Below are positions 45,662 through 55,045 of a DNA stretch of 64,000 bases, in pieces. The first letter of the stretch is position 1. Every line of letters begins with the position of its first letter. The notes below the pieces were generated by a model. It saw only the letters and a program-made list of their open reading frames with translations, searched no databases and was not told where the DNA came from. The DNA comes from Candidatus Taylorbacteria bacterium RIFCSPHIGHO2_01_FULL_46_22b. GTDB lineage: Bacteria; Patescibacteriota; Minisyncoccia; Phycocordibacterales; DSPV01. The DNA is taken from NCBI GenBank assembly GCA_001820875.1, contig MHRF01000013.1, forward strand, positions 9,992-73,991, read 5' to 3'. The position numbers and the translations under genes were made by a program.

Positions 45662-48088
45662 TTAGATAGTGATACTCAAGATCTTTCCAAGCACATAAAC
45701 AACTTTTCGTACCACGCCTGTACCAAGCCATTTTTTCACTTCTGGTAATTCAAAAGCGAGCCGCATTGCTTCGGTTTCGCTCGTATCAGCAGCAACTAAA
45801 ATTATGCCACGAACCTTGCCATTTATCTGCACGGCGATTGATCGAGACATCTCCTTTATCACACGAGCATCAAATTCAGGCCATCTTGAAAGATGTATTG
45901 ATTTGTCTGTACCAAACACTCCCCACAACTCTTCACTGATATGCGGAGCAAATGGCGCCAATAACTGCAACAGTGTCTGATACGTTTTAAGCACAACGGT
46001 CTCCTGCTTTTCACATTCATTTATACATATCATCAACTGACTAACCGCCGTGTTAAATTTCATCTGCTCGATATCCTCGCTGACTTTTTTTATCGTCTTG
46101 TGAAGCACTGCGTGTAACTCTGTTGCCTCTTCTCTTTGCTCTTTCTCAACTTTCTGTTGTAAATTCCATACGCGCTCAAGAAATCGGCGCGTACCTACTG
46201 CGCCATCGGTAGACCATGCAATCGCCTGATCAAACGGCCCCATGAACATTTCATACAAACGTAAACTGTCAGCACCTACTGTCTCAATAAGCGAATCGGG
46301 GTTGATTACATTTCCTTTTGATTTTGACATCTTCACCCCTCCTTCGGCCAAAATGAGACCGTGCGAGGTGCGTTTGCTATACGGCTCTGATGTAGGCACC
46401 AATCCCTGATCAAATAAAAACTTGTGCCAAAAACGCGAGTACAAAAGATGTAGTGTCGTATGTTCCATACCTCCGTTATACCAATCCACGGGCGTCCATT
46501 TTTTAAGTTTTTCTGCGCTTGCAAACTCTTCTTTATTTTTGGAGTCAGCGTATCGCAGATAATACCAAGATGAACCTGCCCAGTTGGGCATAGTGTCTGT
46601 TTCGCGTCGCGCATCCCCTTTGCACTGCGGGCACTTGGTCTGTACCCATTTTTCAATCCCTGCAAGGGGCGATTCCCCAGTATCTGTTGGCTGGTAGTTT
46701 TTCACTTTCGGTAAGGTTACCGGTAAATCTTTTTCTGGTATAGCCACCCACCCACATTTCTCACAATGAACAAGAGGAATCGGCTCGCCCCAATATCGCT
46801 GGCGCGAAAATACCCAGTCGCGAAGTTTGTAGTTAACCGCTTTGGTAGCCCATCCTTTTTTGACCAATGAATCAATGATGTCAGCACGAGCTTCATCCCA
46901 CCTTCTTCCTCTAAATTCAACAGGTTCTTCCAAAATGCCATCTGGCTCACGATAAAATATTTCTTGTTTTCTGACTTTTTCAGCATGCACAGAATCTTTG
47001 GGGAAAAGAACGGGATGCAGAGGAATATCGAATTTCTTAGCAAATTTAAAATCGCGCTCATCATGAAAACTGCAATTCACCACACCGGTGCCATAATCGG
47101 CAACCACAAATGACGCCACCCAGATAGGAAGCGACTTCTTGGCAGGAGGATATTCAACATATCGTCCAGTAAAAATCCCGTCCATCTCGGCAGTTTCCTC
47201 ATAGATACCCTTCAAGCGTTTTGCAATAATTTCCTGTGCTTTCTGCATTACTGGTTTTTCAAATTCGGTCCCTTTTACCAGCTCAACTAATTGTGGGTGT
47301 TCCGGCGCAATTACAGTAAACGTCTGCGCCATATGTGTCTGTGGGATTGAATCATACATTTCAAAATACATATCAAGATCTTTCACTTTGAATCGGAGGT
47401 TTACTCCTTCACTTCTTCCAATCCAATTGCGCTGCTGAATTTTTATCCGCTCCGAAAAATCAACTGTATCTAAATCTTTGTCGAGCCGATCGGCATATTT
47501 CGTGATCGCAAGCATCCACTGCTCTTTCTCGCGCTTCTCAACCGGAGTGCCGCATCGCTCGCATGCGCCGTCCACCACTTCTTCATTGGCAAGCCCGATT
47601 TTATCCTTCGGACACCAATTGATCGCCATTTTCTTTTTGTATGCAAGACCTTTCTTGAAAAACTGGAGAAAAATCCACTGTGTCCAGCGATAATACTCGG
47701 GATCGGTTGTATTTATTTCTCGTGACCAATCAAAAGAAAAACCAAGTGCTTTGAGTTGTCTCCTAAACGTATCGGTATTTTTCCTGGTAACTACTGCCGG
47801 TTGTATACCAGTCTTAATCGCATAATTCTCTGTAGGAAGTCCGAAAGCATCCCATCCGATCGGATATAAAACTTCAAAGCCTTCCATGCGGCGTTTGCGT
47901 GCAATAACATCCATCGCAGTGTTGGAACGGATATGGCCAACATGTAGACCGTCTCCCGATGGATACGGAAACTCAATCAGCCCGTAAAATTTAGGCTTTT
48001 GTGATGTATCCGAAGCTTGATAGATATGTTCTTTTTCCCACCGCTTCTGGATTTTCGGCTCAATTTTTCGCGGATCGTACGGCTTCAT
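45662..48088 (-). CDS. leuS: Leucyl-tRNA synthetase
   Basis: PYPSGDGLHVGHIRSNT (HIGH), KMSKSKGN, and the CP1 editing domain. Confidence 0.95.
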   Translation of the reverse strand: MKPYDPRKIEPKIQKRWEKEHIYQASDTSQKPKFYGLIEFPYPSGDGLHVGHIRSNTAMDVIARKRRMEGFEVLYPIGWDAFGLPTENYAIKTGIQPAVVTRKNTDTFRRQLKALGFSFDWSREINTTDPEYYRWTQWIFLQFFKKGLAYKKKMAINWCPKDKIGLANEEVVDGACERCGTPVEKREKEQWMLAITKYADRLDKDLDTVDFSERIKIQQRNWIGRSEGVNLRFKVKDLDMYFEMYDSIPQTHMAQTFTVIAPEHPQLVELVKGTEFEKPVMQKAQEIIAKRLKGIYEETAEMDGIFTGRYVEYPPAKKSLPIWVASFVVADYGTGVVNCSFHDERDFKFAKKFDIPLHPVLFPKDSVHAEKVRKQEIFYREPDGILEEPVEFRGRRWDEARADIIDSLVKKGWATKAVNYKLRDWVFSRQRYWGEPIPLVHCEKCGWVAIPEKDLPVTLPKVKNYQPTDTGESPLAGIEKWVQTKCPQCKGDARRETDTMPNWAGSSWYYLRYADSKNKEEFASAEKLKKWTPVDWYNGGMEHTTLHLLYSRFWHKFLFDQGLVPTSEPYSKRTSHGLILAEGGVKMSKSKGNVINPDSLIETVGADSLRLYEMFMGPFDQAIAWSTDGAVGTRRFLERVWNLQQKVEKEQREEATELHAVLHKTIKKVSEDIEQMKFNTAVSQLMICINECEKQETVVLKTYQTLLQLLAPFAPHISEELWGVFGTDKSIHLSRWPEFDARVIKEMSRSIAVQINGKVRGIILVAADTSETEAMRLAFELPEVKKWLGTGVVRKVVYVLGKILSITI

Positions 48089-48097
48089 CCCGTTAGA

Positions 48098-49081
48098 TTA
48101 GTAAATGGTTTTTGGATTAACCGGATACAGAGCAGGGTCTATAGTACGTTCAAAACAAGCTTTGCCTGCCTCATGTTTCCATGTGTCAAATTCTTTACCA
48201 GGATATGCCGGATACGATATGGAAGAATCGATTCCGTAATAACCTCCGCGACCAGTATTGTCTTGAGACGGTAGTTTGAAGTCGGCGCAAATTTCAAATG
48301 TATATTTGTCTTTTACCGTATATCCGTATGAGGCATCTGTCTCTGGATCAGCAGGAACCATGTAATTTGATATCGGATCTGAAAGTTCGGAGATAGACTT
48401 CGGCAATACCCCCTTCTTCTGCCACTGATTGATAATCTGCCACTGAATCCCTGATAGATCGCTAACTCGTTCGTTGTCAAAACGAATTGCACGCTGTTTT
48501 GCAGGAGAACCTACCGCGATAAAACCGAGAACAATTGAGGTGAGGACAAGAACGACTCCCAGCCACGTAATTGTTCGACGGGCCATCGTCGCCATTTTAA
48601 ATTGAGGGTAAATGCTGTAGAAATAATACTTCCCTACCATGCCACCAACCAAGAGGACAACGAGAATCTTGTAGATAAAGCGAGCAGTGATCTCGCCATT
48701 GATGTAAGTATTGATAAGCGCAATCAAGTCGCCACCAACAAGCACTACTGCCAAAAACAAAGTCAGATAAACACGCCATCTGCGAATCCATACATTTGCC
48801 TTTTCCGGCGTCTTTGCAATATCTTTATTGATCAGCCATTCGAGCACATACAGAATCGGTATAAGTACCACGAGCATGGAGATCGGCCACGCGATCGAGC
48901 CTACGTAAAAATAACCTGCAAGCTGGTCAGGATTATAATAATTGATAACGCTAAACAAGAGATTGATCAACGCCCCTGCCGCCACATAAAGTACAATAGT
49001 CGCACCAAGATGCAGAAAGAAATCTTTAGGAGTTAATTTTGCTTCATTCATATGCGTGTTGTTAAATAAGTAGACGTTCAT
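48098..49081 (-). CDS. Polytopic membrane protein, hypothetical
   Basis: About 8 hydrophobic helices. Extracytoplasmic C-terminal region. No recognised motif. Confidence 0.5.
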   Translation of the reverse strand: MNVYLFNNTHMNEAKLTPKDFFLHLGATIVLYVAAGALINLLFSVINYYNPDQLAGYFYVGSIAWPISMLVVLIPILYVLEWLINKDIAKTPEKANVWIRRWRVYLTLFLAVVLVGGDLIALINTYINGEITARFIYKILVVLLVGGMVGKYYFYSIYPQFKMATMARRTITWLGVVLVLTSIVLGFIAVGSPAKQRAIRFDNERVSDLSGIQWQIINQWQKKGVLPKSISELSDPISNYMVPADPETDASYGYTVKDKYTFEICADFKLPSQDNTGRGGYYGIDSSISYPAYPGKEFDTWKHEAGKACFERTIDPALYPVNPKTIY

Positions 49082-49159
49082 TATAACACAATATTACAGC
49101 AATATCCCTGAAAACAGGCCGCCCCGTCCTTCGGACGGGGCGATTGAAATCAAGACTGG

Positions 49160-49375
49160 TCAGAGATCCACCGTGGACCAGAGGAGCAAAATGCCGACGA
49201 TCTTGCCCATAGCAAGCGGTGTGAATCGAGAGTATTTTTCGTAAGCTTCCGGATGCTCATGTTTCAAATGGAACTCCAAGACGAGGAGGAACAGTGCCGA
49301 GAACAAAAGCAGAGCGCCAGTCAGACAAAGAAGAGCGGAGGGTGTGGTTTTCATAGCTGGCAAACATCCTACCAA
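49160..49375 (-). CDS. Small 2-TM membrane protein
   Basis: LLCLTGALLLFSALFLLVL and IVGILLLWSTV helices. Confidence 0.3.
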   Translation of the reverse strand: MVGCLPAMKTTPSALLCLTGALLLFSALFLLVLEFHLKHEHPEAYEKYSRFTPLAMGKIVGILLLWSTVDL

Positions 49376-49439
49376 TACCCTCTCTCTCTTTCAAGTCAAT
49401 TATAAAACTTGACAAATAATATAATAGTGATATTATATT

Positions 49440-49850
49440 ATTTGTGCAGGATGGATAGTAGAGTAGATCTCGAACCCCTACGCCTGTACACCTTTAATCC
49501 ATATTTGGATAAAACCGCATCTACTTGGTCATTTGGTTGGGAGATAGGAAACTATCCGCCAGATGTTACTAGGGGTTTATGCGGGCACTCGAGGCCGATG
49601 CTGATCCCGAAATTTATTTCGCGAGATCACCGGCCTCTTTTTCTTTTATAAATTTTAACTCGGCAACACTTTTTGTCTCCATTTCATTGTGTTACCATCT
49701 CAATGGAGTTAATGGCAGAGTGTGGACCAACAGTGAAGGCCGGAGAGTCTCACGGCACTACCACTAAACTGCTACCTACTAGGATCTCCAGAAAATCAAT
49801 AATACACCGTCGAGTGAGACCCTCGGTGGGCTACCCCTGGCACGTTCCCC
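49440..49850 (-). ncRNA. Candidate structured ncRNA (tmRNA-like features, unresolved) in a gene-free hairpin-rich interval of about 500 bp
   Basis: No credible ORF. The minus strand begins GGGGTAGCC...CTCACTCGACGGTG (compare tmRNA 5-prime GGGG...UUCGACGG). It ends ...GGTTCGAGATCTACTCT, which can pair with the GGGGTAG 5-prime end (includes a G3-U pair). Length of about 380 nt fits tmRNA. However, I could not build a convincing T-arm or find an ANDENYALAA-style tag, so classification is unresolved. Confidence 0.2.
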
Positions 49851-49874
49851 AAAGAATACGGTCAGGGGTATTCC

Positions 49875-50972
49875 TTATATTCTAAACTCAATCACATCTC
49901 CATCTTTCACAATGTATTCCTTCCCTTCCGTCCGCACCAATCCTTTCTCGCGCGCTGCGGGGTAGGAACCGCAATCAAGTAGATCTCTCCAGAACACTAC
50001 TTCAGCGCGAATAAATTTATCTCGAAAATCAGTGTGAATAGCGGTGCCAGCTATCGGAGCAGTTGAATTCCGTTTTGTTGTCCATCCGCGGGTCTCGTCC
50101 TCACCAGTCGTGAAGAATGTAATCAAATCAAGCGTTGCATATCCCCCGCGTATTAAATCTTCGATCCCGTCTCCTCCCGTACCCAAATCTTTCTTAAATT
50201 CTGTTTTCTCTTCCGTGCTCATTTCCTTGAGTTCATTTTCAAGCCCCGCATCCACCAATACATACTGCGAATTGGTGGATTTAAGAAATTCCATAAGTTT
50301 TATGAAACGCGAATCATTCATTTCGTCTAGATTCTTTCCGCCACTTTTTTTATTTAATACATATAAAATCGGCTTTGCAGTCAACAGGTGTAATTGTTTA
50401 AAAAAAGGTTCTTCTGGTTCTGAAGGAGAAACTGTAGAAGCAAGCTTCCCCGCTTCAAGTGCCTCGCGCAATCGTTTCAACAGCTCGCTCTCAATAATCG
50501 CTTCTTTTTTATTGGCTTTCACTTCTCGATCGACATTACCCGCGCGTTTTTTTACGGTCTCAAGGTCGGCAATTGCGAGTTCCAAATTGATAACTCCAAT
50601 ATCAGCGAGCGGATCAATTCCGCCAGCAACATGGATAATATCTGGATCTTCAAATATACGAACAACTTCAGCAATCGCATCGACTTCGCGAATATGCGAA
50701 AGAAATTTATTTCCTAAACCTTCTCCTTCTGCCGCACCTTTCACCAGTCCTGCGATATCGACAAATTCAACTGCCGCGGGAACTTTCTTTTTCGAATGGG
50801 AGAACTCATTGAGTTTCTCCAGCCGATCATCAGGCACCGCCACCACGCCAACAGAAGGGTCAATCGTACAAAACGGATAATTCTCCGCCGGTACACTCCG
50901 CTTCGTGAGCGCGTTAAATAACGTGGACTTTCCCACATTTGGCAATCCGACAATTCCTATAGAAAGTGACAT
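49875..50972 (-). CDS. ychF: Ribosome-binding ATPase YchF (Obg-family GTPase)
   Basis: IVGLPNVGKSTLFNALT P-loop. TGS C-terminal domain. Confidence 0.9.
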   Translation of the reverse strand: MSLSIGIVGLPNVGKSTLFNALTKRSVPAENYPFCTIDPSVGVVAVPDDRLEKLNEFSHSKKKVPAAVEFVDIAGLVKGAAEGEGLGNKFLSHIREVDAIAEVVRIFEDPDIIHVAGGIDPLADIGVINLELAIADLETVKKRAGNVDREVKANKKEAIIESELLKRLREALEAGKLASTVSPSEPEEPFFKQLHLLTAKPILYVLNKKSGGKNLDEMNDSRFIKLMEFLKSTNSQYVLVDAGLENELKEMSTEEKTEFKKDLGTGGDGIEDLIRGGYATLDLITFFTTGEDETRGWTTKRNSTAPIAGTAIHTDFRDKFIRAEVVFWRDLLDCGSYPAAREKGLVRTEGKEYIVKDGDVIEFRI

Positions 50973-51099
50973 AACAAAGACACTTTAGCAAAAATAATAC
51001 TTTTAATACAGTTTACTTGACTTACATACCGAGAAATAACAGTATGGAAATGGACTCGGCAAAACGCCGGTTCTTCAACCCCGAACCCGAAAGAGTTCT

Positions 51100-51678
51100 A
51101 TGATTATTAGCATGTCGTCAGGTGTCTTATTCGGAATTTGGTTATTGTTCTGTCTGCTCGCCCTAATCGGTGCACGGATGCTCTGCTACAGGAAACCAAA
51201 GGTAGCATTTGTGGGACTTTCGCTAGTCCTCAACGTGCTCGCAATGCCTTTCTTTACCCAGTGGGAATTTGGCAATAGGTGGATTGAACGACAAGGAGAA
51301 TCGGACAAGCACATCCCCAACGGCATCTGGTGGCAATGGAAACACAACGCCTTCATCAAAGGCGCCAAGATCATTCCGCTTTCTGCGCCCAGCTACAAAA
51401 TAGTCGAGACATTCGACGGAACCAACTACATCAGCATCGTTGCTGGGGTAAAAGATCTGCAAGGTCAGCGAACATTGTATGCATATCTCCAAACCAAATC
51501 GAGCGCTATCACAGTGAAATCATTGAGCCACTACTTTGATGACATTGTTCAGCGATCGTACGTGGTGCACCACCGCGACATACGAACACTTGAAGAAGAT
51601 TTACTGACAAAAGGGATCTCCTTCTTTGAGATCAGAACTCGGAAAGAACCTGAGAATCCCAAAGGATCCGGCTTCTGA
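51100..51678 (+). CDS. Hypothetical membrane-anchored protein
   Basis: Two N-terminal TM helices. Soluble C-terminal domain. Followed by a strong terminator. Confidence 0.45.
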   Translation: MIISMSSGVLFGIWLLFCLLALIGARMLCYRKPKVAFVGLSLVLNVLAMPFFTQWEFGNRWIERQGESDKHIPNGIWWQWKHNAFIKGAKIIPLSAPSYKIVETFDGTNYISIVAGVKDLQGQRTLYAYLQTKSSAITVKSLSHYFDDIVQRSYVVHHRDIRTLEEDLLTKGISFFEIRTRKEPENPKGSGF

Positions 51679-51696
51679 ACAATTCGTTTCTCCTCT

Positions 51697-51730
51697 GCCT
51701 CCCCTCACTCGGGGAGGCTCTCTTTTTATG
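51697..51730 (+). terminator. Rho-independent terminator
   Basis: GCCTCCCC-TCACTC-GGGGAGGC, then TCTCTTTTTAT. Confidence 0.8.
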
Positions 51731-51752
51731 CTATTTTCCACAAATTTCCACA

Positions 51753-51788
51753 TCTGTATTATCCCAGCGATCGCTGGGATAATACAGA
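51753..51788. repeat. 36-bp perfect palindrome TCTGTATTATCCCAGCGA|TCGCTGGGATAATACAGA downstream of pgl
   Basis: Exact inverted repeat centred on GCGATCGC. Likely the terminator for the minus-strand pgl operon, though unusually long and perfect. Confidence 0.6.
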
Positions 51789-51840
51789 TTCAGGTACACG
51801 TTTTTTGTCCGTTCTCACTCGCTAGACAACAACATCTGTG

Positions 51841-52551
51841 TTACTGATCGGTACACACATCCACTTCTTTCATCAGAGAAAGCACGCGGGCGGGCAGTTG
51901 CGATAGTTCTCCTTTTCCTTGCTCGAGCGACTCAATTATCGGCTTTTTTTCTTCACCACAGGCATACACAACCGCATAATTAACTTCTTGCATCAAAAAA
52001 TGAAGTGAAGCGGAAACTCGTGCGGGAAATTCTCCTTTACCTTGCGTATCATATCCAACCATCCACGCATGCGTATCGACAAACTTCTCTAAAAACCAAT
52101 TCTTTCTTTCAGCATACGGAAGGACACCAGCCACATGACCATCAGACCCGATACCGAGAATCGCACTGATAATGCCATCGGGAAATGCGCGACGCCATTC
52201 TTTCAAGGAAAGTTCGTATCGAGTCGCACATTCGGCAGGATTTGCCGTTCCAGACATTTCAATCGGAACAAATGGCACTCCTTTCAGTTGCGTTTGGCGG
52301 ATAAAACAAGTCTGATGCAATATCGGCCCATTCTGTTTTTCTTTTTCAGGCACATACCGCTCGTCCACCATACCAATTGAAAATGTTCGAGGCATGTTAT
52401 CAATCGAAAGTGTCTGCAAAACTTCAAGAGAAGAACCTCCGGAAAGCAACAGGAGTACCGGATGCTCAATGGCGGTCAGTAAATGCTGGCGGAGCAAATC
52501 CGCCGCATGTGCAGCCGCTTCTACCTTACTTTGTTTATGAAGTATGCGCAC
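51841..52551 (-). CDS. pgl: 6-phosphogluconolactonase
   Basis: Glucosamine-6-P isomerase/6-PGL fold. LLLSGGSSLEVL. Sits in an operon with gnd and zwf. GTG start. Confidence 0.75.
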   Translation of the reverse strand: MRILHKQSKVEAAAHAADLLRQHLLTAIEHPVLLLLSGGSSLEVLQTLSIDNMPRTFSIGMVDERYVPEKEKQNGPILHQTCFIRQTQLKGVPFVPIEMSGTANPAECATRYELSLKEWRRAFPDGIISAILGIGSDGHVAGVLPYAERKNWFLEKFVDTHAWMVGYDTQGKGEFPARVSASLHFLMQEVNYAVVYACGEEKKPIIESLEQGKGELSQLPARVLSLMKEVDVCTDQ

Positions 52552-52630
52552 GACCTAATTTTGTTTATAAAATGGAAGTACTCTTGTGGTGCGACCTAAG
52601 TTTTGTTTACAAAATTGGAAGTCCCTTTAG
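52546..52630. repeat. Tandem direct repeat of about 40 bp (CGACCTAAnTTTTGTTTAyAAAATnGGAAGTnC x2) spanning the gnd stop and the pgl start
   Basis: Two adjacent near-identical copies. Copy 2 encodes the last 9 codons of gnd. Copy 1 overlaps the pgl GTG start. Confidence 0.6.
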
Positions 52631-53534
52631 GGGTACCTGTAATGTCATGCCCACCAAACTGATTGCGCAAAGCTGAAAGCACTTTCCCAGCAAATGCCGG
52701 TTTCTTTTCGGACTGAATGCGAAACTTCAGAGATTCTTCTATTACTTTGACCGACACACCGAGTTTTTTTGCAGTTTCTATTGTCCACGCGCCTTCGCCA
52801 GTATGTGCCACACTACTTGAAACCTTTTTTAAGTCTCGGCCGTGTGTTTTAAATGCATCCGTAAGCCACCCCACAAGCCGCGATTCAATAACGCTTCGAT
52901 GATTGTACAGTTTCGAGACTTTCTCAAGATCGAGATCAAACAAAGATTTTTTCAAGACTTCAAATCCTTCCGCAATAGCCTGCATCATTCCGTATTCAAT
53001 TCCGTTGTGCACCATTTTTACAAAATGCCCCGCACCGCTCTTTCCTGTATACAAAAATGCATCTTTTGTCGCAATCTTTTTAAACAAAGGTGCAAGCGAA
53101 TGTGCAATCTTCTTATCTCCGCCAACCATTACACATGCGCCTGTCCGAGCGCCGGACGGCCCGCCAGAAACACCAGCATCGAGCATCACAATCCCCTTTC
53201 GTGCTAAAAGCTTTGCACGACGTTGTGTTTCCTCATAAAAACAATTTCCCCCATCAATCACCGTATCGCCCTTTGAAAGCAGAGGCACCAGATCTTTTAA
53301 CACCTGATCAACACCCTTGTGGCTTACCATGAGCCACACCACACGGGGCGCAGCAAGCGAAGCAACCAACTTTTCAATGGAATCAACAGTGTGCACCCCT
53401 TTCTTTTTTGCCGCATCCCGCCCCTCTTTTCCACGATTGAATGCAACTACCTTGATCCCCTGCTCCTCTAAATGTAAAACCATATTCACTCCCATTTTCC
53501 CCAGTCCGATATATCCAATCCTTTTTACATTCAT
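52596..53534 (-). CDS. gnd: 6-phosphogluconate dehydrogenase, decarboxylating (short, about 300-aa form)
   Basis: IGYIGLGKMGVNMVLHL Rossmann motif. GxxGAGHFVKMVHNGIEYG catalytic region. Confidence 0.8.
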   Translation of the reverse strand: MNVKRIGYIGLGKMGVNMVLHLEEQGIKVVAFNRGKEGRDAAKKKGVHTVDSIEKLVASLAAPRVVWLMVSHKGVDQVLKDLVPLLSKGDTVIDGGNCFYEETQRRAKLLARKGIVMLDAGVSGGPSGARTGACVMVGGDKKIAHSLAPLFKKIATKDAFLYTGKSGAGHFVKMVHNGIEYGMMQAIAEGFEVLKKSLFDLDLEKVSKLYNHRSVIESRLVGWLTDAFKTHGRDLKKVSSSVAHTGEGAWTIETAKKLGVSVKVIEESLKFRIQSEKKPAFAGKVLSALRNQFGGHDITGTPKGTSNFVNKT

Positions 53535-54934
53535 GATTTTGCAATTAATTGTTCAAATGAAATTCCTTCGGGATACTCTAGTAATTTATTCTTCGTCCAT
53601 CGTTCAATAATTGGCGTAATGAATTTCCACGCCGCCTCTGTTTCTTCGGTGCTGGCAAACAACATCTGATCGCCACGAAGTGCGTCAATGAGCACCCGTT
53701 CATAGGCATCTGGCATCAAGTGAGCATCAATCGAATCAGCATAATTAAATGAAAGTGTTTGCGCTTGCGGCACCATATCAAATCCGGGACGTTTAACCCA
53801 AAAGACAATCGAAATCCCTTCATTGGGCTGAATTCGGAACGTAAGCATGTTTCGATTACACTTCACATCTCCAATTCCGCAATCCACATCTTTGAAATGG
53901 ATATTGATTTCTGTTTTTGTTTCCGACAACGCCTTCCCTGCAGAAAGTTCTACGCTCACCCCGCGCCACCGACTGTTGCGAATTCCTGTAGTCAAACTGA
54001 AAAATGTCTCAGTGTCGGATGCCACTCCAACCCCTGCCGCCTGCCGATAACCGGCATATTGTCCGCGTATCACTTTTCGGAGTGCCGGCCCTGATACGGC
54101 GACAAGCTGCTTTAATACACGCGCACGAACTTTGCGTATATGCACAGCATCTAATGTCTTAGGATATTCCATCATAATCAAAGAAAGCATCGCCAAAAGA
54201 TGATTCTGCCCCACATCACGTAATGTTCCGATAGAATCATAAAATGCTCCTCGACTGCCAATATGATCTTTTTCAAACATCCGAATCTCAATCCGCTCGA
54301 TATTTTTTCGATTCCATAAGGGCTCAAAGATCGCGTTTGAAAATCTGAATGTCAAAATATTCTGAATGGTTTCTTTTGCAAGATAATGATCAATCCGATA
54401 AATTTGATTTTCGGAAAATAATTTTGTCAGCAATCGATCGAGGCGTGTCGCTGTCTCGCTGTCTTTTCCAAACGGCTTCTCGATTAAAATCCGCGTCCAT
54501 CCTTTTCCGTCAGCGCATGGAATTGTGAGTCCTGATCGTGCGAGTTGGCGCAAAATTAATTCATACAAATTTGGCGGGACCGCCAAATACGGAAGTTTGT
54601 TTGAACATACATTAAATTCACGATCAATCGCCCCGAGCCTCTCTGAAAGTCTCTCGTACGCCTGATTATCCTCAAATTGTCCCTGTACATAGTGAATACC
54701 TGATAGAAATTTCTGGCTTAATTCTACGCTTGCCTTGGTAAGGCGCTCCCCGAGTGCTTCTGATACAAATTCGCGATAAGAAGTATCCGTAAACTCGCGC
54801 CGACCAAACGCAAGCACTGCAAATTTCTTGGGCAACAGCCCCTTCACAAACAAATCGAAAAACGCCGGATAAAGTTTCCGTCGCGCGAGATCCCCCGTCG
54901 CACCGAAAATAATCAGAACGGTCGGTTCAATCAT
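53531..54934 (-). CDS. zwf: Glucose-6-phosphate 1-dehydrogenase
   Basis: IIFGATGDLARRKL (NADP site). YRIDHYLAKE signature. The longer track ORF runs into tRNA-Ala and is an artefact. Confidence 0.85.
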   Translation of the reverse strand: MIEPTVLIIFGATGDLARRKLYPAFFDLFVKGLLPKKFAVLAFGRREFTDTSYREFVSEALGERLTKASVELSQKFLSGIHYVQGQFEDNQAYERLSERLGAIDREFNVCSNKLPYLAVPPNLYELILRQLARSGLTIPCADGKGWTRILIEKPFGKDSETATRLDRLLTKLFSENQIYRIDHYLAKETIQNILTFRFSNAIFEPLWNRKNIERIEIRMFEKDHIGSRGAFYDSIGTLRDVGQNHLLAMLSLIMMEYPKTLDAVHIRKVRARVLKQLVAVSGPALRKVIRGQYAGYRQAAGVGVASDTETFFSLTTGIRNSRWRGVSVELSAGKALSETKTEINIHFKDVDCGIGDVKCNRNMLTFRIQPNEGISIVFWVKRPGFDMVPQAQTLSFNYADSIDAHLMPDAYERVLIDALRGDQMLFASTEETEAAWKFITPIIERWTKNKLLEYPEGISFEQLIAKS

Positions 54935-54969
54935 TTGTATTTTATTTTTTCCGTTTCCATTTGTCATAT

Positions 54970-55045
54970 TGGTGGACCGGACGGGATTTGAACCCGTTGC
55001 CTCTCGCATGCCATGCGAACGCTCTACCAATTGAGCTACCGGCCC
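54970..55045 (-). tRNA. tRNA-Ala (anticodon GGC), CCA encoded
   Basis: Cloverleaf folded by hand from the reverse complement GGGCCGGTAGCTCAATTGGTAGAGCGTTCGCATGGCATGCGAG...GGGTTCAAATCCCGTCCGGTCCACCA. The G3-U70 alanine identity pair is present. Confidence 0.85.

Noticed and set aside
50044-50880. 278-aa plus-strand ORF, Ser/Ala-rich
   Set aside because: Entirely antisense to the highly conserved ychF coding sequence. Low-complexity composition. A mirror-frame artefact.
53531-55030. Long zwf ORF starting at 55030 (MVERSHGMREATGSNPVRS...)
   Set aside because: The N-terminal 20-odd codons are the reverse complement of tRNA-Ala. True start moved to MIEPTVLIIFGATG.
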